Positions 1 through 8,500 of a stretch of DNA of 40,805 nt are shown piece after piece. A program made the position numbers and the translations under genes. The DNA is from an uncultured Deinococcales bacterium (GTDB lineage: Bacteria; Deinococcota; Deinococci; Deinococcales; JAAFIG01). The DNA is taken from positions 1 through 40,805 of the forward strand of contig CAXTTL010000013.1 in NCBI GenBank assembly GCA_964247135.1, given 5' to 3'. Under the pieces are notes generated by a model that was not told the origin of the DNA, did no database searches, and was given only the letters and a program-made list of their open reading frames with translations. How positions within the stretch are numbered: the stretch's first letter is position 1; each line of letters begins with the position of its first letter.

Positions 1-53
1 AAAACTCGAGAGGTGCGGATTTCAAACCGATGTTTATGTTGTAATGTCGTTCA

Positions 54-239
54 TCACCTCCTTTTCAAGTGCTTTAAAACCCGAGGCAAGTCCAAACCTC
101 GAGCCAGCAAGATCAATTTCTGTACCGCAAGTTTGAAAACATTCCGCCGCTTGGGGACAAGACGACGCTGCTCAGCCTCGAACAGCAACTCCCTGATTTT
201 TTCATCGTTGAGTTTTTCCAAGTAATAATCGTTCTTCAC
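54..239 (-). CDS. Small basic protein (61 aa), probable paralog of 4231..4419
   Basis: GTG start with AAGGAGG RBS just upstream; shares the pattern L-x-D-[EK/R]-x2-L-x2-EA-x3-[R/L]L with 4231..4419. Confidence 0.65.
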   Translation of the reverse strand: MKNDYYLEKLNDEKIRELLFEAEQRRLVPKRRNVFKLAVQKLILLARGLDLPRVLKHLKRR

Positions 240-543
240 CGCTCACCTCCTTGTGGTGAACCGCATAAACCTCTGAACGCTCGAGATGCCACCGATGCCC
301 CAACCGTGACTGTTGATGAGCATGGTGGGCTTTGGACATCCTCCAAACGTCCACCAGCGTTTTGCGTTTTAAACACACTAAAGAAATCTGAGTGTGATCT
401 TGTCAATTCAGGTCAAGCAAAAACCTCGAGCAACCACGTACACGTCAAGCCAAAGATTAAAGCTCGAGTCGGGTGCAAGTTGTTTTTGACCTCGAGAGGC
501 AACAGCTTTATTTGGTTGCCTCAACAGAAAATGCTGGTTTTAT

Positions 544-919
544 TCACAAACCGAGCAACTGCCGTGAAAAATCACGCAACACCTGCGCAGCCCGTAAAAT
601 CGCCTGTGCTTCCTCGAGCGTCGGTTCGGGTTGATTGCCTGGGTAACGGTTTGGGACAACCGCCTGTGCGATCAACTCCGCCGCGCTGCGTTCCAAACTG
701 GGTGTTGTGCTCGGCAGCAACTCGAGCAAAGCCACCAGATCATGCGTGCGTGGGGCTGGGCACACCAGCCTGCAAAATGACCGCTTTGAGGTACTTCTCG
801 CAGGCTTGTGCCAACAACTAACACGCCCCTCGCGGGTGCGCTTCTATACCCTCGAGCGCATACTGAAAGTCATCTTCGGCATATGCCAACCAGTCTCTAG
901 AGTTATGGCTGTCGGGCAT
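544..919 (-). pseudogene. HEPN-domain toxin partner of the MNT, disrupted
   Basis: ATG at 919 overlaps the MNT end and reads MPDSHNSRDWLAYAEDDFQYA..AC*LLAQACEKYLKA. There is an in-frame TAG at 820-818 and a one-base frameshift near 758-765, after which PRTHDLVALL..NRYPG resumes (typical HEPN motifs). The span is 376 nt, i.e. 3n+1. Confidence 0.75.
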
Positions 920-1235
920 ACAACACCACACCATCACGCTTGGCTTCGAGCGACAAGCCATTTTGCGGGTCAAGGAAATCACGTTCGTGAAGCGTCACAA
1001 AATCCATTGGGAAACGCCGTGGACTGAATTCCCGTTGCGCCCTTAAACCCGCCTCGAGCAAATTGCTGTGATCGTCAAGCACCAACAACAAGTCCAAATC
1101 ACTGTCTGGCAAAGCCTCACCTCGAGCAACACTGCCAAACACCAAGACCAGTTTTGCGCCAGAAGCCACGCCCGCACGTTGCGCGATTTCCCTCAAAGCC
1201 GATTGAGACTGTGGTGGAGGCTCGAGCGTTGGCAT
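903..1235 (-). CDS. Minimal nucleotidyltransferase (MNT) antitoxin
   Basis: VFGSVARGEALPDSDLDLLLV (GS-x10-DxD) motif, 110 aa; TAAACT 6 nt before the ATG. Confidence 0.9.
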   Translation of the reverse strand: MPTLEPPPQSQSALREIAQRAGVASGAKLVLVFGSVARGEALPDSDLDLLLVLDDHSNLLEAGLRAQREFSPRRFPMDFVTLHERDFLDPQNGLSLEAKRDGVVLYARQP

Positions 1236-1364
1236 GAAATCAGTTTAGCATCCAGGCATAACGCATTCAATTGAGCGACCTGAATGCCCTTTGGTCGGGC
1301 GTTTGTTCTTGCCATAAAATGGAAAATTTACTTCCGTCTTGCCCATGATAAGCTGCGACACCAC

Positions 1365-1940
1365 ATGCTCGAGATTGAAACAACATTTGCAACCACATGC
1401 ACAACCACGCTCGATCTGGAGCAAACAACAGCTTTACTCGAGATGTTTTCCAACATTGGAATCGGTGCTTGGTTGACACAACATCCTTTCGCGGGACTGC
1501 ATTTCAAACCTCGGGTTTTGCTTGGTGAAATCGAAGTCTATGGTCTTTACAGTTACCTCGAGAGAACCGCCGAAATTGCCGTTGCTCGAGAAGAAAACAG
1601 TTTTGGGCAAGCGTTGGTTTGGGGAAAAATTGACAAACTCAGTTACGCCGCACCAAATGCCTTGGATGCCGTGCTTTACACCATGTTGCACGAATTGGGG
1701 CATCATGTACACAATTGTTTAAGAGCCGCTGAACTCTTTCAATTTGCGCTGAGTTTAAGAACCATTCGCAGCGATGGTGTCAGCCATTACGCCAAAAAAT
1801 CAACTGCACCCATCGAGTATTTTGCCGAAAACTTTCTGGCATGGGTGGTCGCTCGAGAAGCACTTTTTCAAAACGACAAATTGGCTTATGCTATGATCAG
1901 TCAGGCTTTAAAAACCTTGCAATTGGAGGTTGGCGCATGA
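1365..1940 (+). CDS. Putative zinc metallopeptidase-like protein (HExxH ... ExFAE); start uncertain (1284 or 1365)
   Basis: LHELGHHVH plus downstream SHYA...EYFAENF. Confidence 0.6.
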   Translation: MLEIETTFATTCTTTLDLEQTTALLEMFSNIGIGAWLTQHPFAGLHFKPRVLLGEIEVYGLYSYLERTAEIAVAREENSFGQALVWGKIDKLSYAAPNALDAVLYTMLHELGHHVHNCLRAAELFQFALSLRTIRSDGVSHYAKKSTAPIEYFAENFLAWVVAREALFQNDKLAYAMISQALKTLQLEVGA

Positions 1941-2152
1941 AAGTCATCACAGAGCAAATCAATGCTGAAGACGCTGGAGTCGAACTGATTGAATCGATTT
2001 TGGCTGGGACATTGACCGAAGCGCGATACGACCTTTTGATTGAAGCCATCGCCAAAAACGGTATCGATGAAGCTTTTGCTGGCGCAATTTATCAGGGCAA
2101 ACCAGCTTGGCGCGAGAAACATTACAAACGCTACGGATTGATCAAAGTCTAA
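1937..2152 (+). CDS. Hypothetical 71-aa protein translationally coupled to the peptidase
   Basis: GGAGG RBS and ATGA overlap at 1937-1940. Confidence 0.7.
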   Translation: MKVITEQINAEDAGVELIESILAGTLTEARYDLLIEAIAKNGIDEAFAGAIYQGKPAWREKHYKRYGLIKV

Positions 2153-2163
2153 AAACTCGAGCG

Positions 2164-3846
2164 TTAATTCAAAGTGCGTTTAGAATCGTAATGACCCGAC
2201 AACCCCTCAAGCGATTGCGCGGTTTCAATCGCCCAACTCGAGTAGACACCCTTGAAAAACTCGCCCTGAAACACCCCAGCCGCTCGAGCCTCGGTGATGT
2301 CATACTGCCAGATCGCATCCTGGTCGAGCATGTACGCGCCGCGCAAGGCTTGCACCGCGTTCTGCCAGCCCAGCGCGTGCCGCAACTGATCGGAAAACTT
2401 CCAGATCGCTTTCCGCGCCCGATTCTGATCGGCGCTGCTGGTGGCATCTGGAAAAAACGCATCCATGATGCGCTCGAGCGACGCCATACCACCCTGCTCG
2501 AGCAAGAACACCAGCAACTCCGCAGGGCGACCCGTGGGTGCAAGCTCGAGTTTGCGGTCATTGATGAACACCCGCAGCACCCCTTGCGCCAAAACCCGCA
2601 CGATGGTTTTGGGAATGTACTCGAGCGGCACTGGCACGGGCTTCTCGGCAAGGGACAGAAGCTCGAACAATTTGGGGAACATTCGCACCTCCTCGCGCAT
2701 GTGAAGCGTCTGCACGGGCATCCCCTCGAGCAAGTCCACCGCATCGGTCAAACGCCCCTCGCGCCGTGCGAGTTCGGCGCTGGCAACACGGTAGAGCCAT
2801 TGATCCGAGACACTGACCAGCGTCCCCACCCGCTCGAGTGCGATTTTGGCGTGCTTGGTATCGTTCAGCGCCAGAAACGCCATGCTTCGCGCCACGTTGA
2901 CGATGGGCGTTTCGGTGTCGTAAATGTGCAAGGCAAGCTCGAGCGTCTCCAAAGCTTCGGTGGGACGACCTGAAAGCCGCAAGGTGCGAGCCAGCCCAAG
3001 ATGGGATTCTTCACGGTCACTGAGGTCAGACGCAATTTGAAGCGCTTGACGGTACGAAAATTCTGCCCTGTGCCATTCGCCCAGCACCCGCCGCGAAGCC
3101 CCCAAACCGTTCAGAATGGCGGCTTGCATGGATGCCGCTTTTGGGTTTTTGGTTAAGCGCACACCCTCGAGAAAATGATGTTCGGCTTCAGGCTCAAGAT
3201 CACGTAACGTAGAAATACCAAGGTTATAACGGATCAATGCCAAAGTGCTGGGACGTGATCGAAATATTGGCAATGCTTCAAGCCAAACGACTCGAGCTTG
3301 AGCATTTTGATCACTATATGAAAAGCAATGACCTTCATTAATCAAAACTAAGCCAAGTTGGATACCTTTAAGGAATTTCTTCGCTATTTTAAATGCTTGA
3401 ATCCAAGGTTCTCCCAATTCAAACAATGACCATCCAAGACGACCCCATGCTAATCCAAGTGAATTATGATCTGTCAAATGCAGAATAGTAATCTCTAATA
3501 TTTTCTTTGCCTGAGCATAAAATCCCTGTTGTTGTAAGCTAATTGCATATTGAATTTGAATTAAATGGGCATTAGAAACACCACAACGTTCAATGACCTG
3601 ACTTATAAAATCATTCAAGACATTGTGATGAGCGTTAAGTACCAATGTCTTAGCATAAATTTCACGTACCGAAGACAATATAATACGCTTTTCAGTGGGT
3701 ATCCGCTCGAGCATATCAAGTAGTTTTTTTGCCTCATCAGTGGTTGAAATTCGCTCAAAAACGCTTTCTAGCAAACGCGCAATTTGATCAAACTGCTTTT
3801 CACGCAAAAGCGATTCGCAAGAATTCAAGGCATCATCAAATTTCAA
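2164..3846 (-). CDS. TPR-repeat protein with C-terminal SARP/OmpR-like wHTH region (putative regulator)
   Basis: TPR-like helices (YNLGIS, LNGLGASRRVLGEWHRAEFSYRQAL); C-terminal GVLRVFINDR..AELLVFLLEQGG..ERIMDAFF..QLRHALG resembles a SARP N-terminal wHTH; AGGAG RBS before TTG. Confidence 0.75.
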   Translation of the reverse strand: MKFDDALNSCESLLREKQFDQIARLLESVFERISTTDEAKKLLDMLERIPTEKRIILSSVREIYAKTLVLNAHHNVLNDFISQVIERCGVSNAHLIQIQYAISLQQQGFYAQAKKILEITILHLTDHNSLGLAWGRLGWSLFELGEPWIQAFKIAKKFLKGIQLGLVLINEGHCFSYSDQNAQARVVWLEALPIFRSRPSTLALIRYNLGISTLRDLEPEAEHHFLEGVRLTKNPKAASMQAAILNGLGASRRVLGEWHRAEFSYRQALQIASDLSDREESHLGLARTLRLSGRPTEALETLELALHIYDTETPIVNVARSMAFLALNDTKHAKIALERVGTLVSVSDQWLYRVASAELARREGRLTDAVDLLEGMPVQTLHMREEVRMFPKLFELLSLAEKPVPVPLEYIPKTIVRVLAQGVLRVFINDRKLELAPTGRPAELLVFLLEQGGMASLERIMDAFFPDATSSADQNRARKAIWKFSDQLRHALGWQNAVQALRGAYMLDQDAIWQYDITEARAAGVFQGEFFKGVYSSWAIETAQSLEGLSGHYDSKRTLN

Positions 3847-3879
3847 CTCTTAACTCCTACACAACCTAATATGGATTCG

Positions 3880-3915
3880 ATGTGAGTGGCACAGCATCTA
3901 CTGCACCACTCACAT
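3880..3915. other. Intergenic hairpin between the peptide gene and the TPR gene
   Basis: ATGTGAGTGG (3880-3889) pairs with CCACTCACAT (3906-3915); no long U-tract. Confidence 0.55.
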
Positions 3916-3924
3916 TAGTCAACT

Positions 3925-4110
3925 TCAGCAGAGGTTGCTTGCACAAGGTTTAGTATGGTCATCTACCAAAATAATACCTCTCAATCCATTATCTGCCACT
4001 TGTGGATACCTCACCTGTTGCATAGTCACCTGAGCACCCACAAAAGCCGCCACAACCGTCACCAATGCCACCATCACACCTTGCTTTGCCAATTTTACGA
4101 TACGATTCAT
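3925..4110 (-). CDS. Small secreted or membrane-anchored peptide (61 aa) ending in CASNLC
   Basis: AGGAGG RBS; basic N-terminus plus hydrophobic stretch (VMVALVTVVAAFVGA). Confidence 0.7.
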   Translation of the reverse strand: MNRIVKLAKQGVMVALVTVVAAFVGAQVTMQQVRYPQVADNGLRGIILVDDHTKPCASNLC

Positions 4111-4230
4111 AAGTTCCTCCTAGATCGGGGAATGCCGGATGCGGGGGTTTGCCGACCTGATACCGCATCCGATTTCTGATGCCGTCCATCACCAATTCAC
4201 TGCGCTGCCTTCACAGGTGTTCCAGGCGTT

Positions 4231-4419
4231 TCACCCCCTCCCCCTCGAGTTGCGCCAAAACCAAACAGCGCGTTGCAGGTTGTGCCAAAGATTTGCCAGT
4301 CGAACCCTCATCGGGGTGCGTGATGTCTGGAGGCTCGAGAGCAGGTGGTGCTTTTGCGCCTCTTGCCGAAGGGATTGCAGGCGGTCGTTTGCCAAGAATT
4401 CAAACCAGTGCTCGTTCAT
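4231..4419 (-). CDS. Small basic protein (62 aa)
   Basis: GAAAGGAG RBS; own operator and -10 box upstream; similar pattern to 54..239. Confidence 0.7.
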   Translation of the reverse strand: MNEHWFEFLANDRLQSLRQEAQKHHLLSSLQTSRTPMRVRLANLWHNLQRAVWFWRNSRGRG

Positions 4420-4493
4420 GGGGACTCCTTTCTCTTGGGCGCGAAACCCGAGTGTCTGAAAGGGTTTTGCTGGTGCTTGCCCTCTCGAGCGTT

Positions 4494-4548
4494 AGGTTAG
4501 AAAAAGGGCTGTAACCCGAGCGTGATAAAAAAAGGGCTTGGGCGTGAC
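4494..4548 (-). promoter_or_regulatory. Promoter with direct-repeat operator: GTCAC-N17-ATCACGCTCGGGTTAC-N11-TAACCT
   Basis: Pentamer repeats at 22- and 11-nt periodicity next to a -10 hexamer, no good -35; near-identical copy at 4793-4825. Confidence 0.65.
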
Positions 4549-4551
4549 AAG

Positions 4552-4580
4552 AAAAAACCCGAGCCTGAAAAGCTCGAGTC
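4552..4580 (-). terminator. Intrinsic terminator downstream of 4602..4772
   Basis: Minus strand GACTCGAGCT-TTTCA-GGCTCGGGTT followed by a T run. Confidence 0.65.
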
Positions 4581-4601
4581 TTAACTGCAATGGGTTTTGG
4601 T

Positions 4602-4772
4602 TTAACGCAAACCTGGTGGTCTGAACGGCGGCGGCAACCCGCGAAGGTAAGTGTTTAGTGCCTCGAGGTTGTAAAACACGCGCTTAGTGGTGTCTTTTTC
4701 CTCGAGAATAAGCGTCCAAGGGTGGGTGGCGGTGGCGGGTTGAATGCGAATGTGAAACTCGAGTTGCTGCAT
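4602..4772 (-). CDS. Small protein, 56 aa, below the ORF-track cutoff: MQQLEFHIRIQPATATHPWTLILEEKDTTKRVFYNLEALNTYLRGLPPPFRPPGLR
   Basis: AGGAGG RBS at 4786-4781, ATG at 4772, TAA at 4604-4602; three in-frame CTCGAG (LE) sites as in host genes; own promoter and terminator. Confidence 0.75.
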   Translation of the reverse strand: MQQLEFHIRIQPATATHPWTLILEEKDTTKRVFYNLEALNTYLRGLPPPFRPPGLR

Positions 4773-4792
4773 GGTGCTGACCTCCTGAGTGG

Positions 4793-4825
4793 AGGGTAGC
4801 GGATGGGGCGTAACCTGAGCGTGAT
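4793..4825 (-). promoter_or_regulatory. Promoter/operator ATCACGCTCAGGTTAC-N11-TACCCT
   Basis: 15/16 identical to 4511-4526 with the same spacing to a -10 hexamer. Confidence 0.65.
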
Positions 4826-4955
4826 ATTGGCTCGTGTGCTGCTAAACTAATGATAAAAGTAAAGACGCATTCGTGAGCAAAATTACATTGACCTGAAAAT
4901 CTCTGCCTCAACTCAAAAGCAAAATGCAGGGTAATAAAAATTAGCAAGCATTCAA

Positions 4956-5447
4956 CTATTGCAAGCGATGAGCAAAAAATCTGTGAAGAATTTCAAACTC
5001 AGATTGTCGAGTCCTTCCAGAAATTCCCTCATTGTTAAAAATCATAATTAAGTTATATTTTTTATTTATGTCTTCTTCGAGGAATGTTAGATGTCCGCTA
5101 AATTCCTCTGACAAAAACTCTCTTATTAAGTCTTTGTCTACGTGCGAAACATCTATTTGAATTTTATTTAAATTTTCAAGTTGAATTTTACCCTTAATTG
5201 TTATGCTAGGTGTAATTTCATTATCTAAATCTAGGATTAAACTAAAAGTATCATTTACAAGTAAGTTAAAAATTTCTAATGAAATTGAATCAAAAGTTAA
5301 TTTAACTAATTTAGTTTTTGGTGGTCTAATTCCACCATTTAATGGGAGAATACTAATTGAATCAATTTTAAATTGAATCTTATTCTCTGTTTCATATATT
5401 ACATGTATTTCCAGTAGAATTATATCTATATTTTCAGTATTCATCAT
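4956..5447 (-). CDS. AT-rich hypothetical protein (163 aa)
   Basis: Long open frame in very AT-rich DNA; AGGAGG RBS at 5461-5456. Confidence 0.7.
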   Translation of the reverse strand: MMNTENIDIILLEIHVIYETENKIQFKIDSISILPLNGGIRPPKTKLVKLTFDSISLEIFNLLVNDTFSLILDLDNEITPSITIKGKIQLENLNKIQIDVSHVDKDLIREFLSEEFSGHLTFLEEDINKKYNLIMIFNNEGISGRTRQSEFEILHRFFAHRLQ

Positions 5448-5539
5448 ATGTATAGCCTCCTATTTTTAAACTATTACTATTTATATTAATAGTAAGTTAC
5501 ATATCTATAAGCGTTTATAATTTATTAAATTAGTAATAT

Positions 5540-8500
5540 TTAATTCAAAAATTCATCAAAGCCAAATTTACTTAAAAATATTAGGCGCTCTTTTTTTTCT
5601 AAAGAATTTGCTAATTTTTTAGCAGTAGTATAAATTTCTTCCTGAATTTTGTTTAATAAGTCAAATTTATTCAGTATAATTAAATTATTTAATATTGCAT
5701 ATCTTAATTTTAAAGCTTCAATAGCAGGTATTTGTTTTTCTGAAAGAATTTTCAACCCATCTTTAATATTAATTAATCTATTTTCCGAATTTAAAAGATT
5801 CAAACGCAGTTTGATAGAGAGTAGCATTGGATATAAAGGATAGTTTCTTTGAAATTTTTCAAAAATCTGATTTAACTGACTAAAATTTTCACTTTGCATA
5901 TAAATTTCTGCAAGTAGCCATAAAACTGTTGATTTTTCTTCAAGATCAAGCTTTTTAAAGTTAAAAAGATTAATTAATCTTTTTTCAGCTTTTTTAAATT
6001 TAAAGTTTTCAACTTCATAATGCGCAAAAAGTATTTCAAACCAAGATTTAAATGCATCTAATTTAGCTTGAGTTTGTATTTTTTTTACCTCTTTTAGAAT
6101 TTTAAATGCACTTAAAACATCACCAAATTCAAGATACATTTTAGTATAATTTAAACGTTCATGTATTTGTAGGCGTACAAGAGAGTGCGTATCTGCAATT
6201 TTAATAGATTCAATTGAACTTTTGAGAGCACCACCAAAGTTTCCATTTGCACGTTGAATTAAGCTACGAAGGGAAAGAAAAGTAGATTCATCTCGTGGGT
6301 CTTTTGGGGCACTTGATAATTGGAGTCCTTCATCAACAAGTGGAAGAGCAGATTCAAAATCATTTTCATAAAGAAAAGAGTTTGCCAAGTTAGATAATAC
6401 TAATCTTTGCCAAGGAACATATCCGATAAAACGTGAACTTGCAAGAGCCTGTTTCAAATAAGAGCGTGCAACTATATGGTTGTCTGCAAAAATTTCTATA
6501 ACACTTCCAATATTTAGTGCTAATATTTCGCCTGAATAATTTTTAATTGCTCGGAATGCTGTTAGTGCTATCTCAAAGTGCTGACGACCTGAAGTAACGT
6601 CTCGTTTTTCAAAATCACAATTTGCCAACGTATTATTTAACCGTCCAATCAATTCAAATGCTGTCTTTGGTGCTCTCTCAAGCCCCATCTTTAACAGTTT
6701 TTCCGCTTCTGCAATCCGTCCTAACCTCACCATTGCATTTCCAGCCTCGAGATGCGCTCGAGCCATCCACTCATTAGGTACGTCTTGTTGCTCGAGTATT
6801 TCTGTGGCGTGCTCGAGGGCTTTGTGGTACTGCCCAGAGTAAAAGTAAAATTCCGCCAGCCCAAGTCCAGATTCAATCTCGAGGTTGCGCTCACCAAGGT
6901 ACGTGGCGATTTCGATGGCGGCATGAACATCTTCGCTCCACCCAATGCGTTCGTCCAAAGCTTTCCACAGCGCGGCTCGAGCGGTGTGAATGCGAAATTG
7001 CTCGTGTTCGCTCACGCCAAGCTCGAGGGCGCGGGCGTAATGTACCAGCGCGTCGCGGTAGGCGTACACGGCTCGGGCGGCTTCGGCGGCTTTGATGCGC
7101 CACGGGGCAGCTTGGGTCTTCAGGTCGGCTTGCTCGAGGTGGTCGGCAATGCGGGCGGGTTGTCCGTGGTTGGCTTCCAGGGTGGCGGCGAGGCGTTTGT
7201 GCAGCAGCTTGCGGCGGTCTGCGCCAAGGGCGTTGCTGAGGCTGCGGCGGATCAGGTCGTGGTGGAAGCGGTGTCCTTGCGGGTTGGGGCGTAAAATGCC
7301 GGCGCTGCTGGCTCGCTCGAGGGCTTCCAAACCCAGCCATTCGTCCAGGGCGGTGGCTTGGGTCAATTCGGAAAGTTGAAAGTCGTCTCCGGTCAGGCTG
7401 GCGGCGTCGAGCATTCGGCGCACGGCGGGTCTAAGGCGGTCGATGCGTTGCAGCACGGCTTGACGCACACTTTGCGCCAGGGGAAGTTCGGCGTAATCTT
7501 CGGTCTGGGCATCATAAGGGGTGCTCCAGACACCGCTCGGGTCTTTGAACAGCGTTCCAGCCTCGAGCAGGTCGCGCAGTGTCTCGAGGACGAACAGGGG
7601 GTTTCCGGCGGTGGCATCGAACAATCGTTTGGCAAAAATCGTGCCGCTGGTGCTGCCACTGAGGGCTTGTATCAGGCTGAGAATCATGGTCTCATTCAGT
7701 GGCTCGAGGCTGATGCGGGTCAGCAGTCCATCGCGCTCGAGGTGCTGTATGGCTCGGGTCGCGGCGGGGTTTTCGCTCAGTTCGCTTGGTCTGGCGGTGG
7801 CAATCAATTTGATGCCTGCGGCTTTGGCGCGTTTGGAGAGTTGCACCATCAGTTCGCTGCTGGTCGCGTCAAACCAGTGAAAGTCATCGAGCAGCAGTGT
7901 GCCGCTTTGTTGCACGGCGGCAATCAGGGCGTGGGTCAAGCCTTCCAAAAATCGGGCGCGACCTTCTGGCAGGGCTTCTGTGGCGGCGCTGGGTGCATCT
8001 GGCTCGAGTTCTGGCACGAGTCTGGCGGCTTCGTGTCGCCAGATGGTTTCCAACTCGAGGTTCTGGCTGGCAAGATGCGCTCGCAGGGCGCTCGCCACGG
8101 GGAACAAGGGCGTGCCGCTCGAGAGTTCCTGACCGCTTAAAACCAAAGTGTTGCCGCTGGCGTGGACAAATTCTGTCGCCAGTCGGGTTTTGCCGACACC
8201 TGGTTCGCCCTCAATCAAAATCAGGCTGGCTTCGCTGGTCTCGAGTTGCGTCCAAAATTGATCGCGTCCGATCATGGGCGGGGTTTGAAATGGATTTTCG
8301 CTTGGCGCGGCTTTGGCGGGTTTGAGGCTCAGGTTTCGTCCTGAGCGAATCCGTTCGGCTAAACGCAAGGTTTCGGGCAGAGGCTCGAGTCCAAGTTCTT
8401 GCTGCAAAATCTGGCGGCAGCGCTCAAACCGCGCCAACGCCTCTTTGCGCTCACCCAGCATCGAATGCAGGCGCATGGCTTCACGGTGATGGTGCTCTTG

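Noticed and set aside
1365-1940. IrrE/PprI assignment for the HExxH protein
   Set aside because: Too short, lacks the HTH and GAF-like domains, and has a different downstream Glu motif
2107-2973. 288-aa plus-strand ORF (and similar long antisense ORFs at 7358..8140, 25450..26460, 34633..35430)
   Set aside because: Shadows of well-supported genes on the opposite strand, with no motifs of their own
4684-4947. 87-aa minus-strand ORF in the track
   Set aside because: Overlaps the better supported 4602..4772 gene and its promoter in another frame
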